64,000 nt of DNA from the IMG/VR virus record IMGVR_UViG_3300010051_000019, positions 1,090 to 65,089 of that record, one strand, 5' to 3'. Under the pieces are notes generated by a model. The model worked only from the letters and a program-made list of their open reading frames with translations, made no database searches and was not told the origin of the DNA. The position numbers and the translations under genes were made by a program. This document shows, one piece after another, positions 17,501-25,276 of the stretch; position 1 is the first letter of the stretch; each line of letters starts with the position of its first letter. This stretch comes from a virus (taxonomy: Duplodnaviria; Caudoviricetes).

Positions 17501-18501
17501 GTGGGAATATAGTAGAAAACGTACTCATTAAAAATAATTCTATGAGCTGGTCTATAGATCAGCAGGTAAGTACAGGACAAGCTGCTAGCAGTATAACTAG
17601 GAACGTAACTTTCCTAAGAAATTTTATTTACGAAGGTTTATGGAGATCCTATCATAGTGATTTCACGCATTCTACAAATGTCCTTATAGGTAAAACTTCT
17701 GGAGCAACTTCTCTTATTGGTAATCTATTTGCTAATTCAAGAGATAGAAATCCAATGATAAAAGCTGGAGCTATTGTAGAGATTATAAATAACTATATCT
17801 ATAATTACGGACCTACCCAAAAATCTAATTTACCTAGATTAGAGTATAGTGCTTCTGCCCCTACTACTGTGGATTTTATTGGTAATAAATGTGTTAACGG
17901 TCCTAGATCTACAGGGACTCCCTACTGCTTATATAATCAACCAGCTCATCCAGATACTTTAGTGTATATGGCTGATAATAGAGGTCCTACACGTACTTCT
18001 GATGTTCAACCGGAAACTGATATAGCATTTAATAATTCTACTGGCATAGCTGAAATACGAGTAGTAAATCGCACAACTTCAGGGATATTGGATGTAGATG
18101 ATATATATGCAGATGTAGTTGCTAATGCTGGAGCTAGGCCATGGGCTAGATTGGATGTAGATCAACGGATGTTAACTCAAGTGGCTAGTGGTGGTACTTT
18201 AGGAGCACATTATGATTGTGTGACTACTAGTAGATGTGATGTCCTGGAAGAGGATTTACAAGTCCCTGAAGGGGGATTTCCAGTAAGACCTGTAGAAGCT
18301 AGAGGTATAGTTTGTGATCCAACTTATACAGAATCTGCTTATGAAACTTGGGTAGCTCAATTTGAAACTACTGATCCTCCACCAGACACAACTCCTATAC
18401 CTAGTCCTACAGTTACAGCTTCTCCAGTAGTAAGTCCTAGTCCTTCTGCCACAGTTCCTCCAGTAGGAAGATGGTACGATAGATTTATATATAGAAAGTA
18501 A
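14530..18501 (+). CDS. Exported-type adhesin/fibre: duplicated ~390-aa beta module plus pectate-lyase (PL1)-like beta-helix, PT linkers
   Basis: Hydrophobic leader (KKLSSLFLLLIFLNSVAIS-Q); VTNTNNSGPGSLR..FEISG, SWSID and RNP motifs typical of PL1 pectate lyases; ends PPVGRWYDRFIYRK. Confidence 0.75.
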   Translation: MFFNERDYIRGEHWSGPPVIQIGWLVKYLFKKLSSLFLLLIFLNSVAISQSIDTPIMAGSNSLPSTSTVNYSHPFGNLLTWNVTENNQRSVIAVDGTSSNFYANVATAPGAGTSWAFTLVKNGVDTAITCTIADAATSCSDLVNTVALAPGDTYSVKSAPTGTPAAPVQIYFGWVFSSTATNESILLGANRSTGLPTASVQYGAFSGASTPNSTLNLRDSVIPTDGTASDLYVELNSAPGTGGDAHQIRLLKNGVATGLTCTITDSATTCNDTLNSVSFVVGDLVAMEFTPSGPSPNASFARWSMKWVSDTVGESILSYSSGSNLNNGGSVRYAPPGGTSNTWQSVEDNVQVLVPGTFWLKDFTTVLNDVPGVAASYTFNTRINSDDGSITTTLSDSDTNESDLVNFDNLIAGDKLAISSLSSGFANVTQAKWGIVVGDSAVLPPPPSSPTPTPTPVVSPTPTPTPGSVLLKTPIMAGGKTVPPTNSTNYSPPFGNLLYWGATENNQRGVIATFGNASDFHVDLPVAPGAGKSWVFTLVKNGVDTGLTCTIADTAQLCSDTSTVVNLLPGDTVSIKAVPSGLPTPLPQIFFGWIFESIVDNESVLLGTNRNATLSPTTVQYGVISGASSPNASLELRESVIPADGIISNLYVELNIAPSSGDAYQFTLIKNGSPTSLTCTISGSATTCNDVANNIIFAPGDTAAIEFTPSGSAPTSPFARWSMKWVSDNDGESILSYSSGGNMNTSGVVRYAPPGGTSNTWQSIDANGQVLVPGSFWFKDFTAELTTPPGAGATYTFNTRVNAVGTGITTVIAGSDTTGSNLVTNRSAVAGDKLTITSKSSGIVNVSQAKWGLVVVDTAIEAVPIPTPLPSPSPYPTPTTGPTINYACTKVTNTNNSGPGSLRECLESPNSNLCVFEISGRIALLKDIRVKANKILACQTAPASGAMITNGGLFIEGSNVRVEHCELRAGDEEVGTNFDQRRSVTVYAQSGGNIVENVLIKNNSMSWSIDQQVSTGQAASSITRNVTFLRNFIYEGLWRSYHSDFTHSTNVLIGKTSGATSLIGNLFANSRDRNPMIKAGAIVEIINNYIYNYGPTQKSNLPRLEYSASAPTTVDFIGNKCVNGPRSTGTPYCLYNQPAHPDTLVYMADNRGPTRTSDVQPETDIAFNNSTGIAEIRVVNRTTSGILDVDDIYADVVANAGARPWARLDVDQRMLTQVASGGTLGAHYDCVTTSRCDVLEEDLQVPEGGFPVRPVEARGIVCDPTYTESAYETWVAQFETTDPPPDTTPIPSPTVTASPVVSPSPSATVPPVGRWYDRFIYRK

Positions 18502-18509
18502 GGTACGGT

Positions 18510-19703
18510 ATGAGATCAATAAAATATATAACTGTACTACTCACACTATTATTACTTTTTACTGTACCTGCTTTATCGGACACTAGAACACTATGTTCTT
18601 CTGGGTGTGATTATGACGATTGTGCTGATTGGGTAACTTATGTTGAAGGTATAGGTACTCTTACAGAACCTGAGATATTAGAGGTAACAGAGGACGATGT
18701 AGAAACTGCATGTCTATTCACTACTACTCCTGTAACTACTTCTGCTAATTATATAGAGATACGAGGCGCAGATTCTTGTAAGCATGAAGGGTACGTAAAT
18801 ACTGGCACAGAATGTGGTATATTTTCTACTGATTCTGCTGAAACAATAGAGATAGATGCTAAGCACGTTAGGATTAGGGATCTAGTTATACTTACCCCAT
18901 ATAATAATGGTAATGCGATATCTTTGACCGGTATTGGGGATGGGGAATGGATAATAGAAAACAATATAATTAGAAGTACTAATATAATCTCTCCAGCTTC
19001 AGGTAATGGCATAAAAGCTTTTCTTAGCCCTGCATCAGGTGCTGGAGTAGCTAAGATATCAAATAACATTATTAGTGGGTTTGGTTCTGGTACTAGTGGG
19101 TCAGGTATTACTATAGATGTTAGGGAAGATAAGGTAGCTTATATATACAACAATACTTTATACGGTAATGCTTATGGCATTATAGCTAATCAATTTCATG
19201 GGGATGGTGCATTACTTCATGTAAAAAATAATCTGGTTGTAAATAGCGTTACAACTGATTTCACCTACCCGCAGGGAGTTATTAATTTAACTGCTAATGT
19301 AGATAACTTTTCTGAAGATCTAACTGGAACTACTACAGGGATAACCCCTGTATTTGTAAATCCAGGTATTAATGATTTTAGATTGGATTCTACTGATACA
19401 GAGGCTTTAGATGAGGGTACTGATTTATCAGCAGATGCCTATCCTATAACTACTGACATAGCAGGTACAGCTAGGCCTTCTGGAGCAGCTTACGATGTAG
19501 GGGCATACGAAGTAGTGGTAATACCTAGCCCGACACCTACTCCTACAGTTACGCCATCAGCTACCCCCACCCCTACTCCTACAGTTACGCCATCAGCTAG
19601 CCCCTCGGCTACTCCCACAGTTTCGCCTACAGCTACACCTAACCCAGAATCTACTTTACCTCCAGCAGGGGTCTGGTATGATAGATTTATTAGAAGGAGA
19701 TAG
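18510..19703 (+). CDS. Secreted right-handed beta-helix protein with PT linker
   Basis: Sec signal MRSIKYITVLLTLLLLFTVPALS-D; IxNNII/IYNNT rungs; DFRL...D..G..RP.G.AYDVGAYE tail; ends PPAGVWYDRFIRRR. Confidence 0.75.
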   Translation: MRSIKYITVLLTLLLLFTVPALSDTRTLCSSGCDYDDCADWVTYVEGIGTLTEPEILEVTEDDVETACLFTTTPVTTSANYIEIRGADSCKHEGYVNTGTECGIFSTDSAETIEIDAKHVRIRDLVILTPYNNGNAISLTGIGDGEWIIENNIIRSTNIISPASGNGIKAFLSPASGAGVAKISNNIISGFGSGTSGSGITIDVREDKVAYIYNNTLYGNAYGIIANQFHGDGALLHVKNNLVVNSVTTDFTYPQGVINLTANVDNFSEDLTGTTTGITPVFVNPGINDFRLDSTDTEALDEGTDLSADAYPITTDIAGTARPSGAAYDVGAYEVVVIPSPTPTPTVTPSATPTPTPTVTPSASPSATPTVSPTATPNPESTLPPAGVWYDRFIRRR

Positions 19704-19709
19704 AGGATT

Positions 19710-20042
19710 ATGGAAATCGAGGATATAAGAGAACGATTAGAGTGCTGTAATTTAAGCCCTGCTAGAGCACAGGATGCTATTATATCCTTGCTACTAGGTA
19801 TAGTAGATGGGGTAGGCGGTGGAGGAGGCGCTCACACACTTACTACTGGATCTAATATCAACGTACCTGCTGGTGCTTATTCAGTTACTATTCAGGTAAG
19901 TACAGGATCTGTAGCTGTTAACGGTATAACTATATTAGCTGGAGGTACTATTACCTTAACTGCTAATAATGGAAGAACTTTACCTGAAATAGTAGTGACT
20001 GATTTAGGTAGTGCTGCATGGACCTGGGGAGCTATTGTTTAA
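19710..20042 (+). CDS. Small beta-rich virion-type protein
   Basis: 110 aa, GAGG RBS, Gly spacer, no signal peptide. Confidence 0.65.
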   Translation: MEIEDIRERLECCNLSPARAQDAIISLLLGIVDGVGGGGGAHTLTTGSNINVPAGAYSVTIQVSTGSVAVNGITILAGGTITLTANNGRTLPEIVVTDLGSAAWTWGAIV

Positions 20043-20043
20043 T

Positions 20044-21447
20044 ATGTTTAAATATTTCCTAAGCATTCTATTCTTAGTACTACCAGTACAAGCCCAGGTA
20101 ATTACTTTAAATGATCTAAGTAATCCTACTGCCTGGTACGATGCTACTGATCCTAGAACTATGTTCGATGCTACTTCTGGTGGATCTCTAGTAGCTATAG
20201 GATCTCCAGTAGCTAGATTAGAAGATAAAAGCGGTAATGGTCATCACGCTACTCAGTCTACTTTAGGGTTAAGGCCTATTAGGGCGACGGAGCCTGTTAC
20301 TGGTCGTAGGAACCTGTTTAATTATTCAGAGCAGTTTGATAATGCTTATTGGACTAAATCTGCAACAAGCATTACGGCTAATTCTACTGTAGCACCGGAC
20401 GGAACTACAACGGCTGATACTCTGGTAGAAGCTGCTAGTACCGCACAGCACTTAATATTCACAAATTATACAATAGTATCTGGACAAACTTACACAGTAA
20501 GTATTTATGCCAAAGCTGCTGGTAATAGCTTCATTGCTATTTCTGGTAATGGTTCTGGAATGATTGGTTATGCGTATTACGATCTAAGTACAGGGTCATT
20601 AGGGACAGTTGCTGCCGGTACTACTGCATCAATAGAAAGTGTTGGTAGTGGTTGGTATAGGTGTGTATTTACAAGAACAGCTACTGGATCAGCAACAATC
20701 AGTTTTAATATAGCCACTGCAAAGGTTAATGGAACTCTGTCTTACGCTGGGGATGGTACTTCTGGTATCTATCTTTGGGGTTCTCAATTAGGAGCTGTAT
20801 CCTCTCCTACAGCCTATCAGAGAACTATTACAGCATACGAAGCATACGAAGAACATCAATTAAATAGAAATTATCTACAGTTCGACGGTATAGACGATTA
20901 CTTGGAAGCCAATAGTTTAGCAGCTACTTTTTCTGGAACTAACAATCCTTATAGTATTTATGGAATACGTAAGCAGGATGTTATTACTAATTCAAGGGCT
21001 TCATTTACAGTAAGTAGTTCTAGTAGTGTTAATCCACTAGTTTATGATTATATATCTACAGCTAATAATAGAACTGAGACGTATAGTAGGGGGGATAGTG
21101 GAGCACCTACTGCCTCCACAATTCATCATGGAACTCCTCTAAACACTTCATTGGAATTATATGCTACTAGGTATGGAGCTGGTGGTACTAGTGCCTATAG
21201 AAATGGGATATTAGCTAGTTCTAGTGCGACTTTGCGTGGTGCTACTACAGTTGATTGGGTTACTCTTGGTGCATATAGAAGATCAGATGCTACTACAGGA
21301 TCTAACTTTTGGAATGGGGCTATTTATGGGTTTGTTGTTTATAATTCAGAAACATCTGATGCATTGACTCAAAGGATAACTAGTCACCTACTAGGATATT
21401 ATGGAAGAAGGCGTGCTCAAAGACACTTTATGAATGGATTTAACTAA
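20044..21447 (+). CDS. Secreted-type LamG/concanavalin-like protein with inserted carbohydrate-binding-like domain
   Basis: Signal MFKYFLSILFLVLPVQA-Q; WYDA.D...EDKSGNGHHATQ and YLQFDG.DDYL split by an RNLFNYSEQFDNAYW...WYRC...WGSQL insert, all common in phage fibre proteins. Confidence 0.7.
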   Translation: MFKYFLSILFLVLPVQAQVITLNDLSNPTAWYDATDPRTMFDATSGGSLVAIGSPVARLEDKSGNGHHATQSTLGLRPIRATEPVTGRRNLFNYSEQFDNAYWTKSATSITANSTVAPDGTTTADTLVEAASTAQHLIFTNYTIVSGQTYTVSIYAKAAGNSFIAISGNGSGMIGYAYYDLSTGSLGTVAAGTTASIESVGSGWYRCVFTRTATGSATISFNIATAKVNGTLSYAGDGTSGIYLWGSQLGAVSSPTAYQRTITAYEAYEEHQLNRNYLQFDGIDDYLEANSLAATFSGTNNPYSIYGIRKQDVITNSRASFTVSSSSSVNPLVYDYISTANNRTETYSRGDSGAPTASTIHHGTPLNTSLELYATRYGAGGTSAYRNGILASSSATLRGATTVDWVTLGAYRRSDATTGSNFWNGAIYGFVVYNSETSDALTQRITSHLLGYYGRRRAQRHFMNGFN

Positions 21448-21448
21448 T

Positions 21449-21829
21449 ATGAAAAAATTAATAGCTCTTTTTATTATAGTACTGCCATCTATAGTTAGTG
21501 CCCAATATCAGATTGATAGAAACGAGACTGTAGTTAATAAAAGAATTATAGCTCTATTTGCGGCTGATGTTACTGATGGGATAACCCCAGAAACAGGTCT
21601 TACCATCACATGTACAAGGAAGCTCCCTGCTGCTACAACTTTTTCTGCTTGCACTAATGCTACTGTAGTTGAGGTAGGTAGCGGGGTATATCAGTATACA
21701 ATAGATGCTACAGAACTTACTGCTGAAGGTACATCGGTATATTTATTCACCAATAACGCCATGCTACCATCAAGAGTGCCAGTACAAATAAGAACTCCAG
21801 TAAGAGCACCTATCTCTATAGGAAGATAA
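21449..21829 (+). CDS. Secreted-type small protein with a phage fibre N-terminal/anchor-like domain
   Basis: Signal MKKLIALFIIVLPSIVSA-Q; DG.TP.TGLT...EVGSGVY.Y...A.E motif seen at the start of many phage tail-fibre proteins. Confidence 0.65.
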   Translation: MKKLIALFIIVLPSIVSAQYQIDRNETVVNKRIIALFAADVTDGITPETGLTITCTRKLPAATTFSACTNATVVEVGSGVYQYTIDATELTAEGTSVYLFTNNAMLPSRVPVQIRTPVRAPISIGR

Positions 21830-21834
21830 CTATT

Positions 21835-22206
21835 ATGCAGCTAACTAAAAATATAGCTGCATCTGAAGTAACCTGTAAGTGCGGGTGTGGGCTTATTCCT
21901 CCTCAAAGATTTCTTAACAAAGTCCAGATCATAAGGGAGATCTGTGGATTTCCTTTTGTAATATCTAGCGGAGCTAGATGCGAGAATTATAATAAAAAGA
22001 TTGGGGCTACAATGGCCCATTTTCATGGGGCTATAGATATAAAAATTCATGGGCAAGAGGCTTATAAATTAATAGAGGTAGCTGTAGGTAAATGGATGAC
22101 TGGTATAGGCGTAAAGCAGCATGGACCATTTGAACGTAGATTCATTCATTTAGATGATATAGTCCATCCTAAATTTCCGCGTCCTATGATTTGGAGTTAT
22201 CAATAA
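21835..22206 (+). CDS. Peptidase M15A-family endolysin (Zn D-Ala-D-Ala peptidase fold)
   Basis: [25 protein letters not shown]...FIHLD motifs. Confidence 0.9.
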   Translation: MQLTKNIAASEVTCKCGCGLIPPQRFLNKVQIIREICGFPFVISSGARCENYNKKIGATMAHFHGAIDIKIHGQEAYKLIEVAVGKWMTGIGVKQHGPFERRFIHLDDIVHPKFPRPMIWSYQ

Positions 22207-22880
22207 TGAAAATTCCTATCCGTGGTAATCAAAAGAATTGCGATAAACCTTCCACTAAGAAAACAGTAATTACTAGGGAAGTAACTGTCCCTATAAAAAC
22301 TCCTGTAGGGGAGAAAGTTACTTACCGAAAAGTAATCCCTAAAAAAATAGAGGCATTAGTTGTGCCTCCTTCTGTTATCGAAGGTGCTAAAGGGGATAGA
22401 GGGTACATGGGTCCTAAAGGACCTGCTGGGGAAGATGGTCCCCAAGGTGTACCAGGTCCAGTAGGCCCACAAGGTAGTCAGGGACCAGTAGGTCCACAAG
22501 GTATCCCTGGACCAGAAGGAACTAGTGTAGCTAGTTATACTGCTGGGGAAAGCATTAGTGCATTAAGAGGATGCTACGTAGATTCTACAATAGATAAAGT
22601 GTTTAAAGCAGATAGTACGGACAATGAGCACTGTCTTAAATTTGTAGGAATAAGTACAGAGAGTGGGATATTAGATCAGCCTATATTGATACAGAGGAGA
22701 GGTATAATAGAGGATGCATTTTGGTCGTGGAACACCATAGGAGACTCTAGTATATATCTAGGTATAGACGGAGCATTGACACAAATAGCTCCTATTAGTG
22801 GGGTTAGATTGAGGGTAGGATTCGCTATGTCTCCTACTAAAATATTGATTGATGTATCGGAAGCAGTAGTATTAATATAG
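22206..22880 (+). CDS. Collagen-repeat protein with C-terminal cement/spike-like domain
   Basis: TAATG coupling to endolysin; ~15 G-X-Y triplets; AGESIS...KADS...FVGI domain. Confidence 0.75.
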   Translation: MKIPIRGNQKNCDKPSTKKTVITREVTVPIKTPVGEKVTYRKVIPKKIEALVVPPSVIEGAKGDRGYMGPKGPAGEDGPQGVPGPVGPQGSQGPVGPQGIPGPEGTSVASYTAGESISALRGCYVDSTIDKVFKADSTDNEHCLKFVGISTESGILDQPILIQRRGIIEDAFWSWNTIGDSSIYLGIDGALTQIAPISGVRLRVGFAMSPTKILIDVSEAVVLI

Positions 22881-22892
22881 GAGAATAGGGAA

Positions 22893-23405
22893 ATGGCAGG
22901 AAATAAGTTTTTAAAATTATCATCAGGGCAACTTGCTGAAGAATTATCATTGCAATCAAGCGTCGGGGCTGGGGATGCTGGAAAGATAGTTGCACTTGAT
23001 GCGGCGGGACGCATAGATAATAGCATGATGCCGATCGGTATTGGTGCTGACACTAAATCAATAGCGTCAAGTGAGAATTTGGCCGCTGGCGATCTAGTTA
23101 ATATTTATGACAATGGCGGGACTATAAACTGTCGAAAAGCGGATGCAAGTAACGGTAGACGCGCTCATGGATTTGTACTGGCATCAGTAACATCTCCAGC
23201 TAATGCTACTGTATATTTTGAAGGTACAATCACAGGTCTTACTGGGTTAACCCCTGGAGCAACTTTGTACCTATCTGGAGCAACTGCGGGAGCTGTTACA
23301 GCTACTGCTCCAAGTACCCCTGCTCATATAGTGCAGGAAATTGGGGCAGCAGCTAGTGCTACTGAAGTTACTTTTGAGCCTCAACAACCAATTACTTTGG
23401 CGTAA
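22893..23405 (+). CDS. Conserved phage structural protein (cement/spike-like)
   Basis: SAGAGDAGKIVALDAAGRID...ENLAAGDLVNI...RKADA...AHGFVL, a widespread phage protein pattern. Confidence 0.75.
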   Translation: MAGNKFLKLSSGQLAEELSLQSSVGAGDAGKIVALDAAGRIDNSMMPIGIGADTKSIASSENLAAGDLVNIYDNGGTINCRKADASNGRRAHGFVLASVTSPANATVYFEGTITGLTGLTPGATLYLSGATAGAVTATAPSTPAHIVQEIGAAASATEVTFEPQQPITLA

Positions 23406-23407
23406 GC

Positions 23408-23791
23408 ATGGCGGTAAGAAAAGCATTGTTCTTAAATGCAGGGCAACCTCAAGAGGTTGCTATAGCAGATACTGTTGCAGGTAAGAGAGTGCTTACTTTT
23501 CATTCTGAGGCTCCTGGGGATGGGGAAGTAGCGTTAGTAAGTTACGCTACTTTTCCTTTCACTGTTAAGCAGGTGTTTAATTTAAAAACATCAAGTGGTA
23601 CTGTGACAGCATCTTTTCAGATTGACGGGGTAAATATCACGTCCCTATCTGGGCTAGCAGTAACAAGTTCGCAGCAATCTCCATCAGCTTCAGGAGCTAA
23701 TTCAGTGGGTATAGGAGACAGATTAACACTACTTCTTGCTTCAGGATCTACCCCAGTAAATCTGGAATTTGTCATTGATATAGAGGTCTAA
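23408..23791 (+). CDS. Tail/fibre-associated beta protein
   Basis: 127 aa; similar in style to the sub-repeats of 14530 (GD.L.L). Confidence 0.65.
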   Translation: MAVRKALFLNAGQPQEVAIADTVAGKRVLTFHSEAPGDGEVALVSYATFPFTVKQVFNLKTSSGTVTASFQIDGVNITSLSGLAVTSSQQSPSASGANSVGIGDRLTLLLASGSTPVNLEFVIDIEV

Positions 23792-23793
23792 TA

Positions 23794-24921
23794 ATGGCGT
23801 GTATCAATTTTGCAACTTGTGAAGATGGGGAGTCATCTGAGTTCAGGTCTAGCGGAGGATCGTGGTCTAACCAGACAACTATTGTTTTATCTGGCACTCG
23901 ATCTATTAGGTTTGCTCCAGTTGGTTCAGCCGTAGCTAATGCAAGACTTGCTCTAATAAGACCTGACGGTAGACGCGATACTGAGTTCAATACAGCAAAT
24001 TGCTATACACAAGTTAGATTACATATAGTGACTGCTCCAGCAAGTAACCAAGAGAAAATAATAGAGTTTGCTGACACTGGTGGAAGCACTAAAGCATTTG
24101 TAGCTTTAAATAGTTCCAGGCAATTAGAGTTCTATAATAATGCCGGTGGGCTTGTAGCTACAGGAGCTACTTCTTTATCTTTAAATACTACCTACTTCAT
24201 CCAAGTAAGAACAAGTACTGGATCTGGTAATCAGCCCTATGAAGTCCACATTGATGAAGTCTTAGAACTAAGTGGTACTGCTAACCAATTAACTAACAAT
24301 CACGGATCTGTATATTTTGGGAAAAGAGATAATCTAAATTCTCAGACTATGGATATCGTTATGGATTGTTTCTATTGCGACGATTCTACTTTTATTGGGG
24401 ATGGGGAAGTAGCAGGATTAACTCCTACCGCGAATGGATCGGTAGCTCAATGGACATCAGGGACTGGGGCAAGTAACTATACCCAAGTAGATGAGATTCC
24501 TCCCAGCACAGCAGACTATATACAGAGTGCAGCTAGTAGTAATCAAAGTCATTATGTAGAATTAGAAGATTGCGCTACCGTTGGTATAACAGGTACAATA
24601 CAAGCCTTTAAAGCAACAGCTTTTTTAAGAGAAGTAAGTAGTGGAACAAGTTCAAATAAACTTAGGATTAGCAGTGGAGCAAGTAATTTAGATACAACTG
24701 CGTTTAACCATTCCACTTCTAATGTTCATATACAGTTACTAGCAGAGGAGGACCCAGATACTTCTGCTCCGTGGACTCTTTCTGGAATAGATGCCTTAGA
24801 GATAGGGGTGATAGAGGCTAATGCTATAGCAATGAGATGTTTTTATATGCATGGATACGTATATTATTTTCCAGCCCCTCCTCCTAGTGGGCCACCAATA
24901 GAATATATTAACATGATATGA
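23794..24921 (+). CDS. Putative receptor-binding/fibre protein
   Basis: 375 aa, S/T/G-rich beta protein with W..G.GA.NY..VDE.P and DP.T...W....I.ALE.G motifs common in phage fibres. Confidence 0.65.
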   Translation: MACINFATCEDGESSEFRSSGGSWSNQTTIVLSGTRSIRFAPVGSAVANARLALIRPDGRRDTEFNTANCYTQVRLHIVTAPASNQEKIIEFADTGGSTKAFVALNSSRQLEFYNNAGGLVATGATSLSLNTTYFIQVRTSTGSGNQPYEVHIDEVLELSGTANQLTNNHGSVYFGKRDNLNSQTMDIVMDCFYCDDSTFIGDGEVAGLTPTANGSVAQWTSGTGASNYTQVDEIPPSTADYIQSAASSNQSHYVELEDCATVGITGTIQAFKATAFLREVSSGTSSNKLRISSGASNLDTTAFNHSTSNVHIQLLAEEDPDTSAPWTLSGIDALEIGVIEANAIAMRCFYMHGYVYYFPAPPPSGPPIEYINMI

Positions 24922-25190
24922 GCATATTTAAAAAATCATCTTCTGACGGAATAGGTATTCCTTGGCTATGGCAGCTACCTAATAATCATCCATTTTACGA
25001 TGCTGCTATCGAGCACGATAAGGCTTATGATGATAAGAGAGCTGGGATTATAGCAGACAAAACTAGCTCGTTAGTTGATACCAAGTTTTTACTAGATTGC
25101 TTGGAAGTGGCTGGAGATAGCTGGAAACTCAAAGCACAAGCATATTTGTTTTACTATCTATGCAGAGCATGGGGAGCTATTTATTGGTAG
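24918..25190 (+). CDS. DUF1353/phospholipase A2-like small protein
   Basis: AAIEHDKAY...D..F...Y...R.WG pattern. Confidence 0.55.
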   Translation: MSIFKKSSSDGIGIPWLWQLPNNHPFYDAAIEHDKAYDDKRAGIIADKTSSLVDTKFLLDCLEVAGDSWKLKAQAYLFYYLCRAWGAIYW

Positions 25191-25276
25191 TTTACTATGT
25201 AATTAGATTATCCCTTACAAACGCATAGTTTATAGGGTATATTATTGGTCAATTCGTATATAATCAGGAACAGGCT

